Source: the human T2T-CHM13v2.0 reference genome, Homo sapiens
Length of the DNA: 64,000 nt
Reading direction: 5' to 3' (one strand)
Assembly (NCBI RefSeq): GCF_009914755.1
Contig: NC_060925.1
Part shown: positions 1 through 12,143 of the stretch, one piece after another
Numbering within the stretch: the first letter of the stretch is position 1
Layout of the letters: every line of letters begins with the position of its first letter
Position numbers and translations under genes: made by a program
Notes under the pieces: generated by a model
Database searches by the model: none
What the model saw: only the letters and a program-made list of their open reading frames with translations
What the model was told of the DNA's origin: nothing

Positions 1-3000
1 CTAGGCACCGTGTGTAAACGCTCGTTATTAAAGACAACTGTGTACTAGTCTTTAATTATGTCAATGAAAATTCCGATTAAAAAAATGTTCCCCCAGGGAA
101 CTCATTCTGAGATCATCTTCTCACTGCACTGGGAACAGATAATCTAGATTCAGATCCTCTTCCATTAGCTTGCCGAGGGTGTTTAGGCGAGTCTTTTTAA
201 CATCTCCAAACCTCAGTCCTTTCTCTGTCTCATGGAGATAAAGTGTACACATCCTGGCTACTCAGGGTCTTTACGAGGCTCCAGTTGACATTAACAAAAG
301 GGGAAGGCATTAGGCAACATCAGGTGTTACAATGAGCATGTAATCACAGGGAGGGGGCAGAGAGCAAGCACTTGAGTGTGAGACTAATCTCGTTTTGAAT
401 GCTGGCTCCAGCATGCGTTTGCCTGCGACCTTGGCAAGGTCACTTAACCTCCCCACATCTCAGCTCTCTTTGCTGTGAAATTACTGCTCTTCTTGGGTAG
501 GTGTGAGGAACAGAGGTAGTGTGAAGTGTAGGCATTCAGCTAATAACTACTATGACCCAACCCTCCGGGGCCATGACAGTGCACTGCTCCAGGGACACAA
601 TCACGTTGTTTGAAACGTGAACAGCAGCCTCTGTTATAGTGCAATATGCCAGCTCCACAGCCTTCCTGATGTTGGCTTCCAAGGGAGAGAATGGACAGGG
701 TGATGTGAGAGTGAGGCTAAAGTGAGGCGGGAGAAGAATCCAAATGATGCTCAGGACCACCCTCCAATGCTCCTCCCCTGCTGCCCACCTCCTGCCCCAC
801 TCACGCGTGCCAGTGCTGCAGCACCAATTTCAGACCCAAGCCTCAGGATGAGGACAGAGGCACATAGACAGTCCTGCTCACTCCCTCATCACCTCTCCCT
901 GCACATCCCCCCCATAGTGGCTGAGACCAATCCCAGGCACTCATCTGTGGACATCCAGCAAGAGCCAGGGCTCTGGTTGGGTGGGGTGATGTCCAGAGGC
1001 TGAGCCATTCCAAGGGAGCTGCCACTGCCCAGCTGCCCCTCCAGGTGGAGGCTTCCCCAGACTCAGCACCCACTGCAGCCCTGGATTGATTGTCTTCAGA
1101 CCCTGTTCCCATTATGTCCAGTTCTGCTGGGTTAGAAACAAGCATGGCTGCAGCAGAGTGGTCCTTCCGCTGCTCCCTCTGCTGGAGCAGGGTGAGGACA
1201 GTGAGGGAGGAGCCTTGTTTACAAGGAGCTCTGAACCGCAGCTCTGAGCCACTTTTTTGCCCCAACCCCCAGGGTGGGGTGAGTGGGTGAGAAGAAGAGA
1301 CATCAAATGTGCGAGGTGCTATAATGCGGGATCAAGCCTCATTCTGCTGAAAAAAAGACTCAAACCCCAGAGGTTCTCCAAATAGGTCTTAGGATGAGAG
1401 TGGCCAAAGAGAATAGCCTTCCTAACCCTAGGATGGGTGGGGCTGACAATTGTTACCCAAAGCCCCAGGGGAGCGGCCAGAACTAGTGACTTGAGAACTT
1501 GAGGAGCTCCTACCTGAGCCCCAGGAGAAGCTTGTCCCTCAGTGGGAGGGAGAAAATTCTCAGAGGAACCGTGCATGGCCAGCCTGGGCGCATAGCTTCT
1601 AGCTTTCTCTCTCCTCTCCTACTCTGCCCTTCCACCAGTTCAGAGCCACTGGGCATGGTGCTGGGGCCTCACAGGAGGACAGAGCAGCTTGGACTCCTCT
1701 CCCTGTTCCTGGGGGCACCATCCAGCTCCCAAAAATAGCATGCAGACATGCAGGATGGAGGAGGGCTTTCAGCCAGCCCAGAGGACACCACCATGCCAGT
1801 GGCTCAAAGGCAGGACCTGATGCAGGGGAAAGAGGTGGGCTGAGACTGGGGGCTGCAGAATGGGAGAGAGTCAAGAACCTGGCAGGGCAAGGAACCAGAA
1901 TGTCCTGAAACACCTGTGTCCTCACACCCAAGTCCCACCCACTTCCACAGGCAGCTTTCTAGCCTAATGCATTCATAGCCAACACGTGTTGGAAGCCTAA
2001 CACGTTCACAGGGTCACCTTTCTTGGGGAGTAAAGCAAAGACAATAGAAGGCATAAGGCATACTGACCTTGGGGTCAAAAAATCTGGGCTTAAAACCCAG
2101 ATTTTGCTGTGTGGCCTTATTTAAGTCACCTAGCCTCTCTGACTTCAGTTAACCAACTACAAAGCAGAAGAGCCTTGAGTTCTGTCCCTGTAGAAACAGT
2201 CTCCGAGTTTCTGAGAAACACAGGCCCCACCCCTCAGTCCTTGTCCCCAGCACTCGAATGGGATTTTCCTAAGCCAACAGCTGTTAGCCCACCAGGAGAG
2301 CGGGGGTAAGGGGATGGGGAGAGGGCAGGAAGAGTGGAAGTGGGGGTCAGAAATAGGAGGCAGCCAGCAACCTGATCCTCTCAGATTCCACTTTTGCAGA
2401 GAGAAGGAAGATTCGCCCTCTAAGACATGGGTCAGAAAAGGAATTTGGGAGGGCAGGTAGCTTCCCGGCTACAGCAGGCCAGGAATGTGCTCTGAAATTC
2501 CTTACACACCAGGCAACCCCCTCCCTGAATAGTCCTCAGCCTGCCCAGGAGAAACTAGAAACCAAGGGAATCTTTCTCTACCACTCCTGGGCACAGAGCA
2601 AGGCTTGTCCCAAGATGGGGTGTTGGGGTGGGATGGGACAAGGGTTACACTTACGGGGGCCCAGGTTAAACCCTTTAATGCCAACCAGCTGGGCTCACAC
2701 CCAAGGACAGGTTCTCCCAGTGGGGCCTTTCCCCATCTGCCCCCCAAGTGCAGCTCAGCTCAGGGTCTGGGAGCTCAGCTCAGCTCTGGGAGGGAATGGC
2801 ACTGAGTCAGCGGCATCAAATGGAATTCCCGCGTTGGCCTGGAGAGGCGCTGCAGAGGACCCTGCACATCTGGTCGTTCTCAGTACTTCCAGGACAGTTT
2901 CTGAGTTCCTAGCCTTGAGAATATGACCAGGAGACTCACTTGACTGACAGGGCTGCAGTCTCGCTCTGCTCCCTGGGACTCAAGAAGGACCTGACTGGAA

Positions 3001-3431
3001 AGGTATAGGTGACCCTCGGCCTGGAACAAGCAATTTAGGGGAGTCTCTGTTGGTTAGAGCCTCATTGTATTTAGAGCAGGCAGAGGCCTAGCAAATATTT
3101 AGCCCACTCTACAGATGAGAAAACTGAGGCCTGGGGAGGGAAAGTGACTCATCCAAGAGTTTAAACTCTACATCTTTAGTGGCAGGTCCAGGACTCCAAC
3201 CCTAGTCTCCAATGGCTACCATGGGATTCTCTCTTTCTCTCTGCTCTATTGTACCAATCTTGGAGCCCAGACCTGGCAACCTGTCCTCTGAAGTGTGGCC
3301 TCCACCAGGAGGGGCCATGGACTTCTGCGGACACAGGCAGACTCTGGGTAAATATGCCAGGGCCCAAGACCCTCACATCTCCCCGTCCATTCTCTGCTCT
3401 CCTCTTCCCCAGAGCCCTGCCCGAGCCTTAC

Positions 3432-3489
3432 CTCAGAACAGCAGCTGCCGACAGATCCTGGAGGCGTCTGCTCAGTCTCAGCGGGGACT
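3432..3489 (-). other. TNNT2: TNNT2 exon 1 (non-coding); intron 1 runs off the left edge of the window
   Basis: Minus strand reads CCCCGCTGAGACTGAGCAGACGCCTCCAGGATCTGTCGGCAGCTGCTGTTCTGAG|GTAAG, matching the human cardiac troponin T 5' UTR as I recall it. Donor GT at 3431-3430. TSS is approximate, about 25-30 nt downstream of the TATA-like CTTAAAGC. Confidence 0.9.
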
Positions 3490-4050
3490 GGGTGAGGCAG
3501 AGGATGGAGAGGGCTTTAAGCAGGCATGTGGGCTGGGGCCTGGTGAGCCAGCCCTGCGGAGGGAGGAATGTGCGACAGGGGACGGGTGGGGCAGGGGGAT
3601 GGCGGTGGGGGTGGGGGGTGTTGGCTGCTATTTTGGCAGGTGCCAGGGACAAGGCTACAGGAACATGTACCCCACGCCATATAAGCCCATGTGGTCCTCC
3701 AGCTGCTCAGATAAGCTATTTAAAACCAGAGCAGATATGCAGGGAACAGTCATGCAACATAAACCAGCTGTCCCTCTTGAGAATCCTGATAAAGCAGAGG
3801 CCAGCAACCCAGGCCTGGGAGGGCCAGCTGGGAGCAGGGTTGGGGGGCAGAAGGCAACCTCCAAGACACTCCATAAGTCTCAGCACCAGAATCTTGGAAG
3901 GCAGAGGGCAAGAGTTATGTGCTGCTCCACTTGAACTGATGCTGGGGGTAAAGACATCTTCCAGGCTACTGGCTCCTAATGGACTGAGCAGCCTTGGGCA
4001 GGTTGCCGGCTCTGCCAGCCCCAGTGAGGACATCTGCAAGGTGGGTCTTC
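3490..4050 (-). promoter_or_regulatory. TNNT2: TNNT2 cardiac proximal promoter
   Basis: Matches the widely used human cTnT promoter fragment as recalled. Motifs seen: TATA-like CTTAAAGC 3513-3520; MCAT/TEAD CATTCCT 3564-3570; CCAAAATAGC A/T box 3627-3636; CArG-like CCATATAAGC 3677-3686; GATA AGATAA 3709-3714 abutting MEF2-like CTATTTAAAA 3716-3725; second GATA 3787-3792. Confidence 0.92.
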
Positions 4051-6639
4051 TCCATGACCCCCAAAGCCATGTGGCACACCCTCCTCACAGGGAATGGACT
4101 GAAACTGCTACAGGAGGCCAGATACAAGGTAGAACTTCCAGTCAAGAACCTTGAACAGGCGCTCGTTGTGTGAGAGGGGTGATGCGGACTGTCAAAGGTC
4201 ATCCCCTAACGGCTTTAAAATCAAGCAGTGCGGGGCTATGATCTGCTAAACCTACTAGATTGCAGATGCATAGGTCAGGCCTAGGGGTCTTGCTTGCTTG
4301 CCTGTGTCTGACCATGCACATGCACTTGTATGTTCAAGGCTGGCCCATTGCAGGGTTTGGTAGATTATGAAAATGAAAGAGACAGGAGGAAAGCAAGCCA
4401 GTAAGCAGCTGAGCTGACTCTCCCCTCCATCTCTTTCTCCGAATCTTCACAGCCTAGGTCCTGCTTGGCTCTGAAGCAGGAATGGTCCTCCTCTGGAGCA
4501 GGCCCTCCCCTCCTCCATGACCCCCCCTGGCACTTAAAGATCTTGCCCATTCATGATCCACACTCCTCTGTTTCTCCGTGGGCAAAGAAAGCAATCTCGC
4601 TATTCTCTGCCCCCTTCTCCCATCACCCAATCATGTGTCCCGCCTTCCCAGTCCTCAAACTCTTCTCTCAATCCCTCTGCCTTGGGAGCTACTATGCTGC
4701 CTCCACCACTAATGTCCTTGAAAGGGTCCTCTGCGCAGGGGACTGCCATTTGCTCCACACCCATGCTGCTGTCAGACTCTTGTCCCATCACTCAGCTGAC
4801 TCCATCCCCTCCATAGTTCCCTGTGGCCTCTGAGTCCAGTGGCCTTGATTGCCCTGCCACGTGGGCCTCCACACTGCCAGCACATCTGTGGCAGGGCAAG
4901 CTGAAGCCAACCGCCCGCTGGCCAGCATCGTGGGACTGAGGAGGACCACAGGGAAGCAGGGGCACTTTGTAGAGAGACAGGCAGATGGAGGGGACAGATT
5001 CCCGAGGGATAGTGAGGAAGGAGTCAGGCTGTCAAGAAAGTGGGGGGAGCCCCATCATCTCTCTCTCCCATTCTAGCCCACGAAGCAGGGCCCAGCCTTG
5101 CCTTGGGTCCTGGCCTGGAGTAACGTAGAATTCGGAATTACTTTTCCCAAACCCTTTTTTAACTTGAGGGTGGGTTACTGTTCCTTGTAAGCCCAATAAC
5201 CTTTCAAACAGACCACGGTTTATTTGCATGGATGCCTAGAAGAGGGATCTGGGCACCTAGGTCACTACTGAGCCCCATGGGAAAAGCCCAGTAGATCCTT
5301 GGTGTCACAGGCCACACGTGTATGGCTTCGAATTGTTCTAAGGCAGGAGCTTCGTTCAGAGCGCTGTGAGACAGCCTCTCAGATAAGGAAATCCAGCCCC
5401 CATGCAGCAGCCACTCCTGGGCATAGTAGGGTTACTCTTAGCCCATTTTTTTTTTATATCCCTGTCCTTTCAAAGGGATGTAAAGAGAAAACAAAGCCAG
5501 AGTGGAATGGGAGGCTTATGCTGAAACAGTGCATGTAAATTTGAGGATCCACAATAGGACGGGCCACTTGTGGGGCACAGGGCCCCTGTGGCAAGACAGC
5601 AGGAGGGTGCAGCCCGGAGTGGTGTGTGGGAGCCCTGTTCTGTCTCCAGAAGGTGCCCAATGTCACCCATCCAGAGGCCTCCCCACCCGCCTGGACACCC
5701 AGTCGCTACCACTCATCTATCCCCAGCTGAGGTCATCTTGGGCACACCCTGGTCTCCTTGTTTACTGGCTGCGTCCCCAGTAGGAACGAGGGCAGGGCCC
5801 TCACGTGCTGGATTCACAGGGGAGGGGGCTGTGCTGTAGCACCCCGACATTTCCCCTAGCAGTCAGCCCTCACTGGGCACCCCAGGGGAGGGGGGTGCAG
5901 GCATGAAGGGCCCTGCTGAGGCTGCAGCTGCAGGAACAGGCCCCTCAGTGTCTTCCTAGGCTCTTACTCCACGGTCAGGCCCTGCCAGGTGAAGGCCTCC
6001 AGGAGCCTCTCCTCTGTGTGGGGACAGTTTTGTTTACTGGAAAAGTTCACCTATCATGGCATGAACATATGAAAGTTCTCTGAGGTCATCTGCTTGAAGT
6101 TCAGAGAAGGAAAATGGCTCAGGGTCACACCTGAGGTCTGGGCAGAGCCAGAGCTGTTTAGATGTCCCGAGGCTTAGGCAGGACTCAATCCGTTCCTCGG
6201 CCCTGCCCCAGCCTTGTCCTCCAACTCTCGGCTATGAAGTTGGAACACTCACAAAGCCCCAGCACTAGCAGTGGGTGGGAGGTGCTCGGGGCAGGGCCCC
6301 CAGGTCCCGATATCCCTCACTCAGGCACAGGAGACTCACTGACCAGAGGTGGGTCAGCCTGGGGCACTGGGACCTGAGCACGGATGGCACTTTGAGGGCC
6401 TGTCCCCTGGGGCACAGATCTGAGGAGCCCTCACCCAGAGTCACAGAGTAGGGCTAGGGCTCATCCCCCACACACTTGGGGAACTGGACTGGTGATACCC
6501 CCTTAGGAGCCGTGTTAAGGGTCGTGTTCCAAAAAGACCTGGAGCTTCCCCAGGCATGCAAAGGGGGAATGGGCAGGGGGCTCTGCACCTGGCCACATCC
6601 CCAGCTGATTCTGGGTAAAACTAGGGCAGTCAATCAAGA

Positions 6640-7696
6640 TGGAGAGTTCTAATGATTTAAATTTTTGAAAAGTTGTAAACCACAGCTTTAAGGGGTTAAC
6701 AGGGCACCAGGCTGATGTTCCTAGCTTGGTTGGTTCTAGATTCTCTGATGGTTCACCATGCTCCAAGCTCATAGGAGCCATGAGGTCCAGAGCATGGGGG
6801 TGGGGGTTGGAGGGGGCTTGTGGGGAAGGAGGGTAGGCCTGGCCCTGTATGTGGCAGTTCCCAGTCACCAAGCTAGGACTGCTGAGTGGCAAGCCACCAC
6901 CTTAATGTGAGAAGAGGGGGGATGAGGAAAATGATGATCCTCCTCACACACTTCAGGTGACCTCTGCTAGAAAGCAAGGCCTCCAGAGAGGAATTCGCTT
7001 CTAAGGTCTCATCAGTCTCTTACACCTGAGAGTAAATGAGTTTATCAGATCCTTCCTGAGAACAGGTTTTTCAGAGAAAGGGTAAGTGGTTGCACACAAA
7101 AAGGCACTTAGCTCCTGGCCATGGCAGCCGGCCAGGGAAGGGAGGGGAGAACCAAGCAGGGAGACGGGGCACAGGGAAGACGCACGGCAGCTCCTTCTCC
7201 CCTGGCCAGAGCGGGCCTCAGTGGCTGGGAGCAGGCCCCAGGGACAAAGATGGGTGGGTCCAGGCCTCAGAGAAGGGGGACATCATAGACAAAGAGGCAC
7301 TTGCTGGGAGCCGATGAGACAGGTGACTCTGGAGTTCTTGAGGGGCGCCGTGCCCTGACTGTGGATGTGAGCAGGAAGGAGCAGAGGTCTCTGGGCAGGA
7401 CATAGGCCCCATAGTGCTGATGTGCACTTGTGCTGTGACCTGGGCAGAGACTGGGTCCCAGCATCTGTTGTGCCTGCCGCAGGGTGAGAAAGTCCCAGCC
7501 CCAAGAGGCTGGGCTGGGAAGGAGCTGGCTGAGTCTTGCAAATATTCCTGACCCCAGGGACCCTGGCCAAACAGATCCACAGGCAAAAAGGGAACAGGGA
7601 CAATGAGAGGAAAGGGTGCTGCTGTGAGAGGCAGGGGCCTGGCATGAGGGAGGTCCCTTGAGACGAAGACTTGCAGGTCTGTCTTGGCGGGGCTTG
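6640..7696 (-). other. LAD1: LAD1 3' UTR (exon 10); 3' end approximate
   Basis: Follows the stop codon. No canonical AATAAA/ATTAAA was seen. The AT-rich AAAAATTTAAAT near 6655-6666 is the best candidate signal. Confidence 0.55.
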
Positions 7697-7702
7697 TCAC
7701 AC
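7697..7702 (-). CDS. LAD1: LAD1 exon 10 coding part (V, stop)
   Basis: CCACAG|GTG TGA, in frame with exon 9. Confidence 0.9.
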   Translation of the reverse strand: M

Positions 7703-8060
7703 CTGTGGGGCAAAGAGCTGTTAGCACAAGTCAATGGGGTGTCAGGGATGGAAGGGGAAGGGGGCCACTGGATAGGAAGGCATCCCTTTGCCCAAGCCCC
7801 ACACCCACAAGGAGTCAGAGCCCTGTAATCTGCCAGCTGAAGAGGGAGGGGCTCTGCAGAGCTGCAGGCAGCACAACCAGGTGAGGGCTCAACCTTGTTC
7901 TCACGGTTGGCTCAGACCAATCTGCATGAGCAGGGATGGGGGCGTTCTGGGTGGACTGCGCGATTGCAGGCCAATTAGTGTGTGCACACGGGGACGATGG
8001 GGTCTCCCACAGTACACCGTGGCCCTCCGCCGTAGGGCCAGGCTCCTCCCCACCATTCAC

Positions 8061-8135
8061 CTCAGCGTCCAGCGAGGAGTCAGATTTCTGTCCCCACTGA
8101 GACCTCTCGGTTGCAGATGATGCTTTCTGTGCCTC
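8061..8135 (-). CDS. LAD1: LAD1 exon 9 (EAQKASSATERSQWGQKSDSSLDAE)
   Basis: AATCAG| acceptor, |GTGAAT donor, 75 nt, phase 0. Confidence 0.95.
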
Positions 8136-8325
8136 CTGATTGAGGGTATCAGGGTGGAGACCAGAGACTAAGACCAGGCTCCAAAGGGCTCGGGATACCC
8201 CAGGCCCAGCTCCCAGCCCAGGATGTCCTTTCTCTTCCCAAAAGAGAAAAGGAACCCAGACCCACCCCTCCTCTCTGCCAGAGTCTGACCCACACACCCA
8301 TCTATTCCCGACTGCCTCCACTCCT

Positions 8326-8387
8326 GAAATGACTCCTCCTCTCCCGAAATGACTCCTCCTCTCCCGAAATGACTCCTCCTCTCCCGA
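8326..8387. repeat. 20-bp tandem repeat, 3 perfect copies (GAAATGACTCCTCCTCTCCC)
   Basis: Copies start at 8326, 8346 and 8366, in LAD1 intron 8. Confidence 0.97.
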
Positions 8388-8461
8388 CTGTCCCTCCTCT
8401 GTCCCCAGTCATCCCACCACAAAGGCTCCACAGTAAGAGACATCAGGGAGGGTGAGGATAC

Positions 8462-8548
8462 CTGGGGGTCCTGATCTCCAGATTCCTGGGTCCTGCTGAT
8501 CCACAGGTTGAGCCTTGATGTCACAACCCCTGAGAGCCTCAAGTTCTC
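8462..8548 (-). CDS. LAD1: LAD1 exon 8 (ENLRLSGVVTSRLNLWISRTQESGDQDPQ)
   Basis: TTTTAG| acceptor, |GTATCC donor, 87 nt. Confidence 0.95.
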
Positions 8549-8882
8549 CTAAAAAGAGAACTTTCCATCTCAGGGTTTAGGGCCCTTGGCAGCAGCGAGG
8601 CATGTTCAGAGGCCCTGGAATGGGATAGGACTCTCCCTCACTCCCCTATGCATCCAGCACATGCCACATATACCTGGGACAGCCCCCTCCCCTTCCCCCA
8701 GGGAGCTGTGTGCCCAGCTAAGGAGATGGGCTCAGGAACGTGAATGGGAACTCAAATGGAGGTTCTGCCAACATTAATTGACACATGAAAACAGTTTTCT
8801 AGCATTGCCACAGCCAAGATTTGGGTTTTGGAGACGTCAGGGCTAATCACCCTAAGGACCCTGTGGGGCCTGAGCCCCTCAC

Positions 8883-9020
8883 CTTCCGGCTGGAGGCTGG
8901 TTCTGCTCGGCTCTGGCCCGCCAGTTCCTTCTCAAAGAGGTGGCGCTTGCTGGCTACACCCACAGGAGCCACGAATAACTCAGTGCAAGGCAGACCCCGA
9001 GACTTGACAGATTCTGATCT
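8883..9020 (-). CDS. LAD1: LAD1 exon 7 (RSESVKSRG...EPASSRK)
   Basis: TCCCAG| acceptor, |GTGAG donor, 138 nt. Confidence 0.95.
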
Positions 9021-9125
9021 CTGGGAACCAAGAACACCAACAGCTGACCCATGCTGGGGAGGGGAAAGGGCCATGCCCACTACTCATCCTGCACCCTCCG
9101 CCCCTCAGGAGAAGCCCCCACCCAC

Positions 9126-9198
9126 CCGTATGGCCGTGTGGTATCTCTCCAGCTTCTCTCCCAACTTCACTGTGTTGTCTGGGAGCTTCATGCTGGCA
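9126..9198 (-). CDS. LAD1: LAD1 exon 6 (SASMKLPDNTVKLGEKLERYHTAIR)
   Basis: CTGCAG| acceptor, |GTGGG donor, 73 nt. Confidence 0.95.
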
Positions 9199-10600
9199 CT
9201 GCAGGATGGAAGATGGAACAGGCGAGCCAAGTGAGACACCCAGGGAGACCAGGCCTGCCCCCAGGGCCTGAGGAGCAGCCCCATCACACGTTCTCATTGT
9301 GGCCAAGAGAATGTGGCCCTCCATCACACAGCAGGCTGTGTTGACTTGGCCAACATGAGGAACTTACAGACGCCAGGGATTTCCCTCCACTTCCAAGAAA
9401 CGTCCCATTCAATAGGACATCCCTTCTCCCCCATACCTTGTCATTTCCACTGCAAAACACCTCCCAAAGCAGGTCCTTCCTTTCCGTCTTCCCCATCACA
9501 GCAATCGCCACTTACCTGCTCTCCCAGCCTGCCACCGTGAGCTCTCCACATGGCTGCTCCTACCTCAAATCTGATCCTGTCCTTCCAGCTCAGACCCCAT
9601 AGGCCTTGGCACAGCATACAAGGCTCTAGTGATCTGGGCCCTCCCCTTCCCTCCCCCACAGTATGCCTGTGTGCCAGCCAGCTGGACACCATGCTCTTCA
9701 CTCTGCCTTTTTCACATGCTGTTCCCTCTATTTAAAATGCTATTCCTCCAGTTTTACATGAGCAAACTTCCTGCTAGTTCATGGAAAATCAATTGCTCCA
9801 TGACACCTTCCCCAGCTCTCACAGGCTGAGCAGGTGCAGCTACTCCTGAGCTCCTAGCCCTGGGTTCATATTCCTGTGTCCCTGTCCCTCCCTGGTTGGC
9901 CAGTATGTAATGTTCTCATGTTTGAGAGAGCTGCTATAGGTTTGCTGGGTGGGTGTGAGTTGCTTGAGGACAGCAGCTGTGTCATTTGTCTTTGTACTCC
10001 TCCTCCTCCACCCCCACCCCAGCCCCCAGGCCTAGCCTAGTGTAGTAGGCTCCAGTAAATGTTCATGGGGCAGATGAATACAGCATGAGTGGATGACATT
10101 CCTAATACATAAGCACATCTGCTTCTCAGATCCTATTTCAGTTTTGCTTTTTTTTCAAAGCATAGTCCTCAGGCTTCTTGCATCAACACCAGCGAGCCCA
10201 GGAATCCTTGTTAAACCTGCAGACCCACAGCCCCCCAACCAGGCCTGCTGGAGCAGGGGCTTCCCCTCCCTTACACTGTTCGTGGTCTCCCTCCCAGAAA
10301 GCCCCCTTTCCCTGTCCTAACCTCAAGGCTAAACCCTCATCCCCCTTTGGGGCCCCACCCAAGCCCTGCCTCCTCTGAGCAGCTCTCCCTGATCCTTCCC
10401 CATCCTTGTTCCATCTTATCCCGCCTGAGTTCATCCTGTTAATCCCATCCCCCTGCCAGATCTGGAGCCCTGGGCAAGGACTGCACCTTCCCCTCATGTG
10501 CCCTACCGCACAGCCTGGCACAAGGAGGGCGGGTGCAGGTACTCAGAAAATAGCCTGAACATGGCCAAATAGAAAGAACCAGAGCCTCCAGGCCCCCCAC

Positions 10601-10644
10601 CTGCGAGTTAGGGTTGTTTCCGAGTTTTCTTTCTTGGGTTTCAT
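10601..10644 (-). CDS. LAD1: LAD1 exon 5 (MKPKKENSETTLTR)
   Basis: TTTCAG| acceptor, |GTGGG donor, 44 nt. Confidence 0.93.
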
Positions 10645-11509
10645 CTGAAATGAGAAGGAAAGGCATTGTTGTGTGGGAGTCCCCGGGAAATCGGTGGCCC
10701 CCTCGAGTGAGGAGCCCAGCTCTCAAGACATGTCCTCCTCCTCTTCAGACCTCCCACCCCTTCTACCAGGGGTCAACCCCACCAAAGAAATATGTGGACA
10801 AGCCTTCGTTAAAGATCCTTGTTTGTATCTGGAAGACACAGGTTCCCACCCACTAATATGGGTCAGAAGACTTTCTTCAGACTTCCTTCGCAGGGCACCT
10901 GTAACCACCTGTTTCCTATCTGCCTCCCACTGCCCATGAGCTCTGTGGGGGCACCAGTCGCTATTGGGCCACCTCTCCAGGGCCTGGCACACATTAGAGG
11001 CATGATACCCAATGATTGAGTGAATGACCCAGTGAACAGAAGAACCAAGAATAAACACCAGGACAAAGCAAGACGAGATTTCCCCAATCCACATAGTTTG
11101 TACTATTGGGAGAGTGGCAGGGCAGGGAGCAGTAGGAGAGCCTTGCTGCTCTCTGTTCCTCCCCTCCCCTCCTAGACAAGTCTCCTAGGTGAGGCCAGGA
11201 ACTGATGAAGGCAGGTGTGGACCTCCCTGCAGCCCAGGGCCAGCCCTGCCTGTCCGGTCTTCATGCAGCCCTGGCCTTGCCCACTAGGTGGGGCTGCTCA
11301 TGCTTACTGGCACCTACCCCCCAGGTTACTAACCTGTTCTCCTCTGCTGAATACAACCTTGTTTGTTCAGGGCCACCCATGGGAATCCAAAGCTCCTCTC
11401 TATCCAGGGGACCTTCCTACCTAACCTACGGCTCCTATGTTGTAATGGATGCGGGCTTCCTCCACTTGCCCTCCAGTGGCTCGCAGACCAGGGTGCCCAG
11501 GGCTCTCAC

Positions 11510-11614
11510 CCGAAAGGAGATGGTCCTGGGGCTGGAGCGTTTGAGGGAGCTGCTGTAGGTTCGCTGTGTGGGTGAGGACATATCTGCCTCTTCCTCCTTG
11601 CTGGGGATTTTCAC
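11510..11614 (-). CDS. LAD1: LAD1 exon 4 (VKIPSKEEEADMSSPTQRTYSSSLKRSSPRTISFR)
   Basis: ATCCAG| acceptor, |GTGAG donor, 105 nt. Confidence 0.95.
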
Positions 11615-12143
11615 CTGGATGGAGCAGGGGGAGTGTCACATAAGAGGTCTAGGGCCCATCAAGCCGGGGCAGCCATAAACCCCATGGCTCACCCCAGGAG
11701 CTGCAGGAAGAGGGGAGAATGAGACAGCCCTGTGCCTTCTCTCCTGCCTCCTTCATCTGCTGTGGGAGTGGCTCACAGACAAAGTCCCTTGGGGCCAGGG
11801 CACCAGGCAGAGCTTTCCAGGGGAGCTTCTAGAAGGATCTGAGGCTCCCCACTAGTCTGCCGGGGTCCTGGAGCCCAGGCCCTGGATGAGGATATGGTGG
11901 GGGGCACCAGATGCTCCCTGCCCCACAGCTGGTGCCCCTTTAAGCTCCAGCAGCCTGCCCCATCTCAGCCTCCCTGCTCTGACCATGGCTAGAAGCAGGC
12001 AGGGAAAGAAGAGACTTCCAAGGCCAGCCTGCAGGTAGGAGGATGGAGGCAGCCAGGGAACCAGGGACTACCTGGGTGGGACTGGCCGGCAGTGCCAGCC
12101 AGGTGGCAGAGTAGAAGGGTGGGAGGGACGGGACACTGCCAAC

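Noticed and set aside
3212-4154. Overlapping 240-aa and 301-aa + strand ORFs
   Set aside because: Antisense across the GC-rich TNNT2 promoter, no recognisable domain. The sequence is fully explained as regulatory DNA.
8326-8387. Possible CRISPR-like array
   Set aside because: Direct tandem repeat with no spacers, in human intronic DNA.
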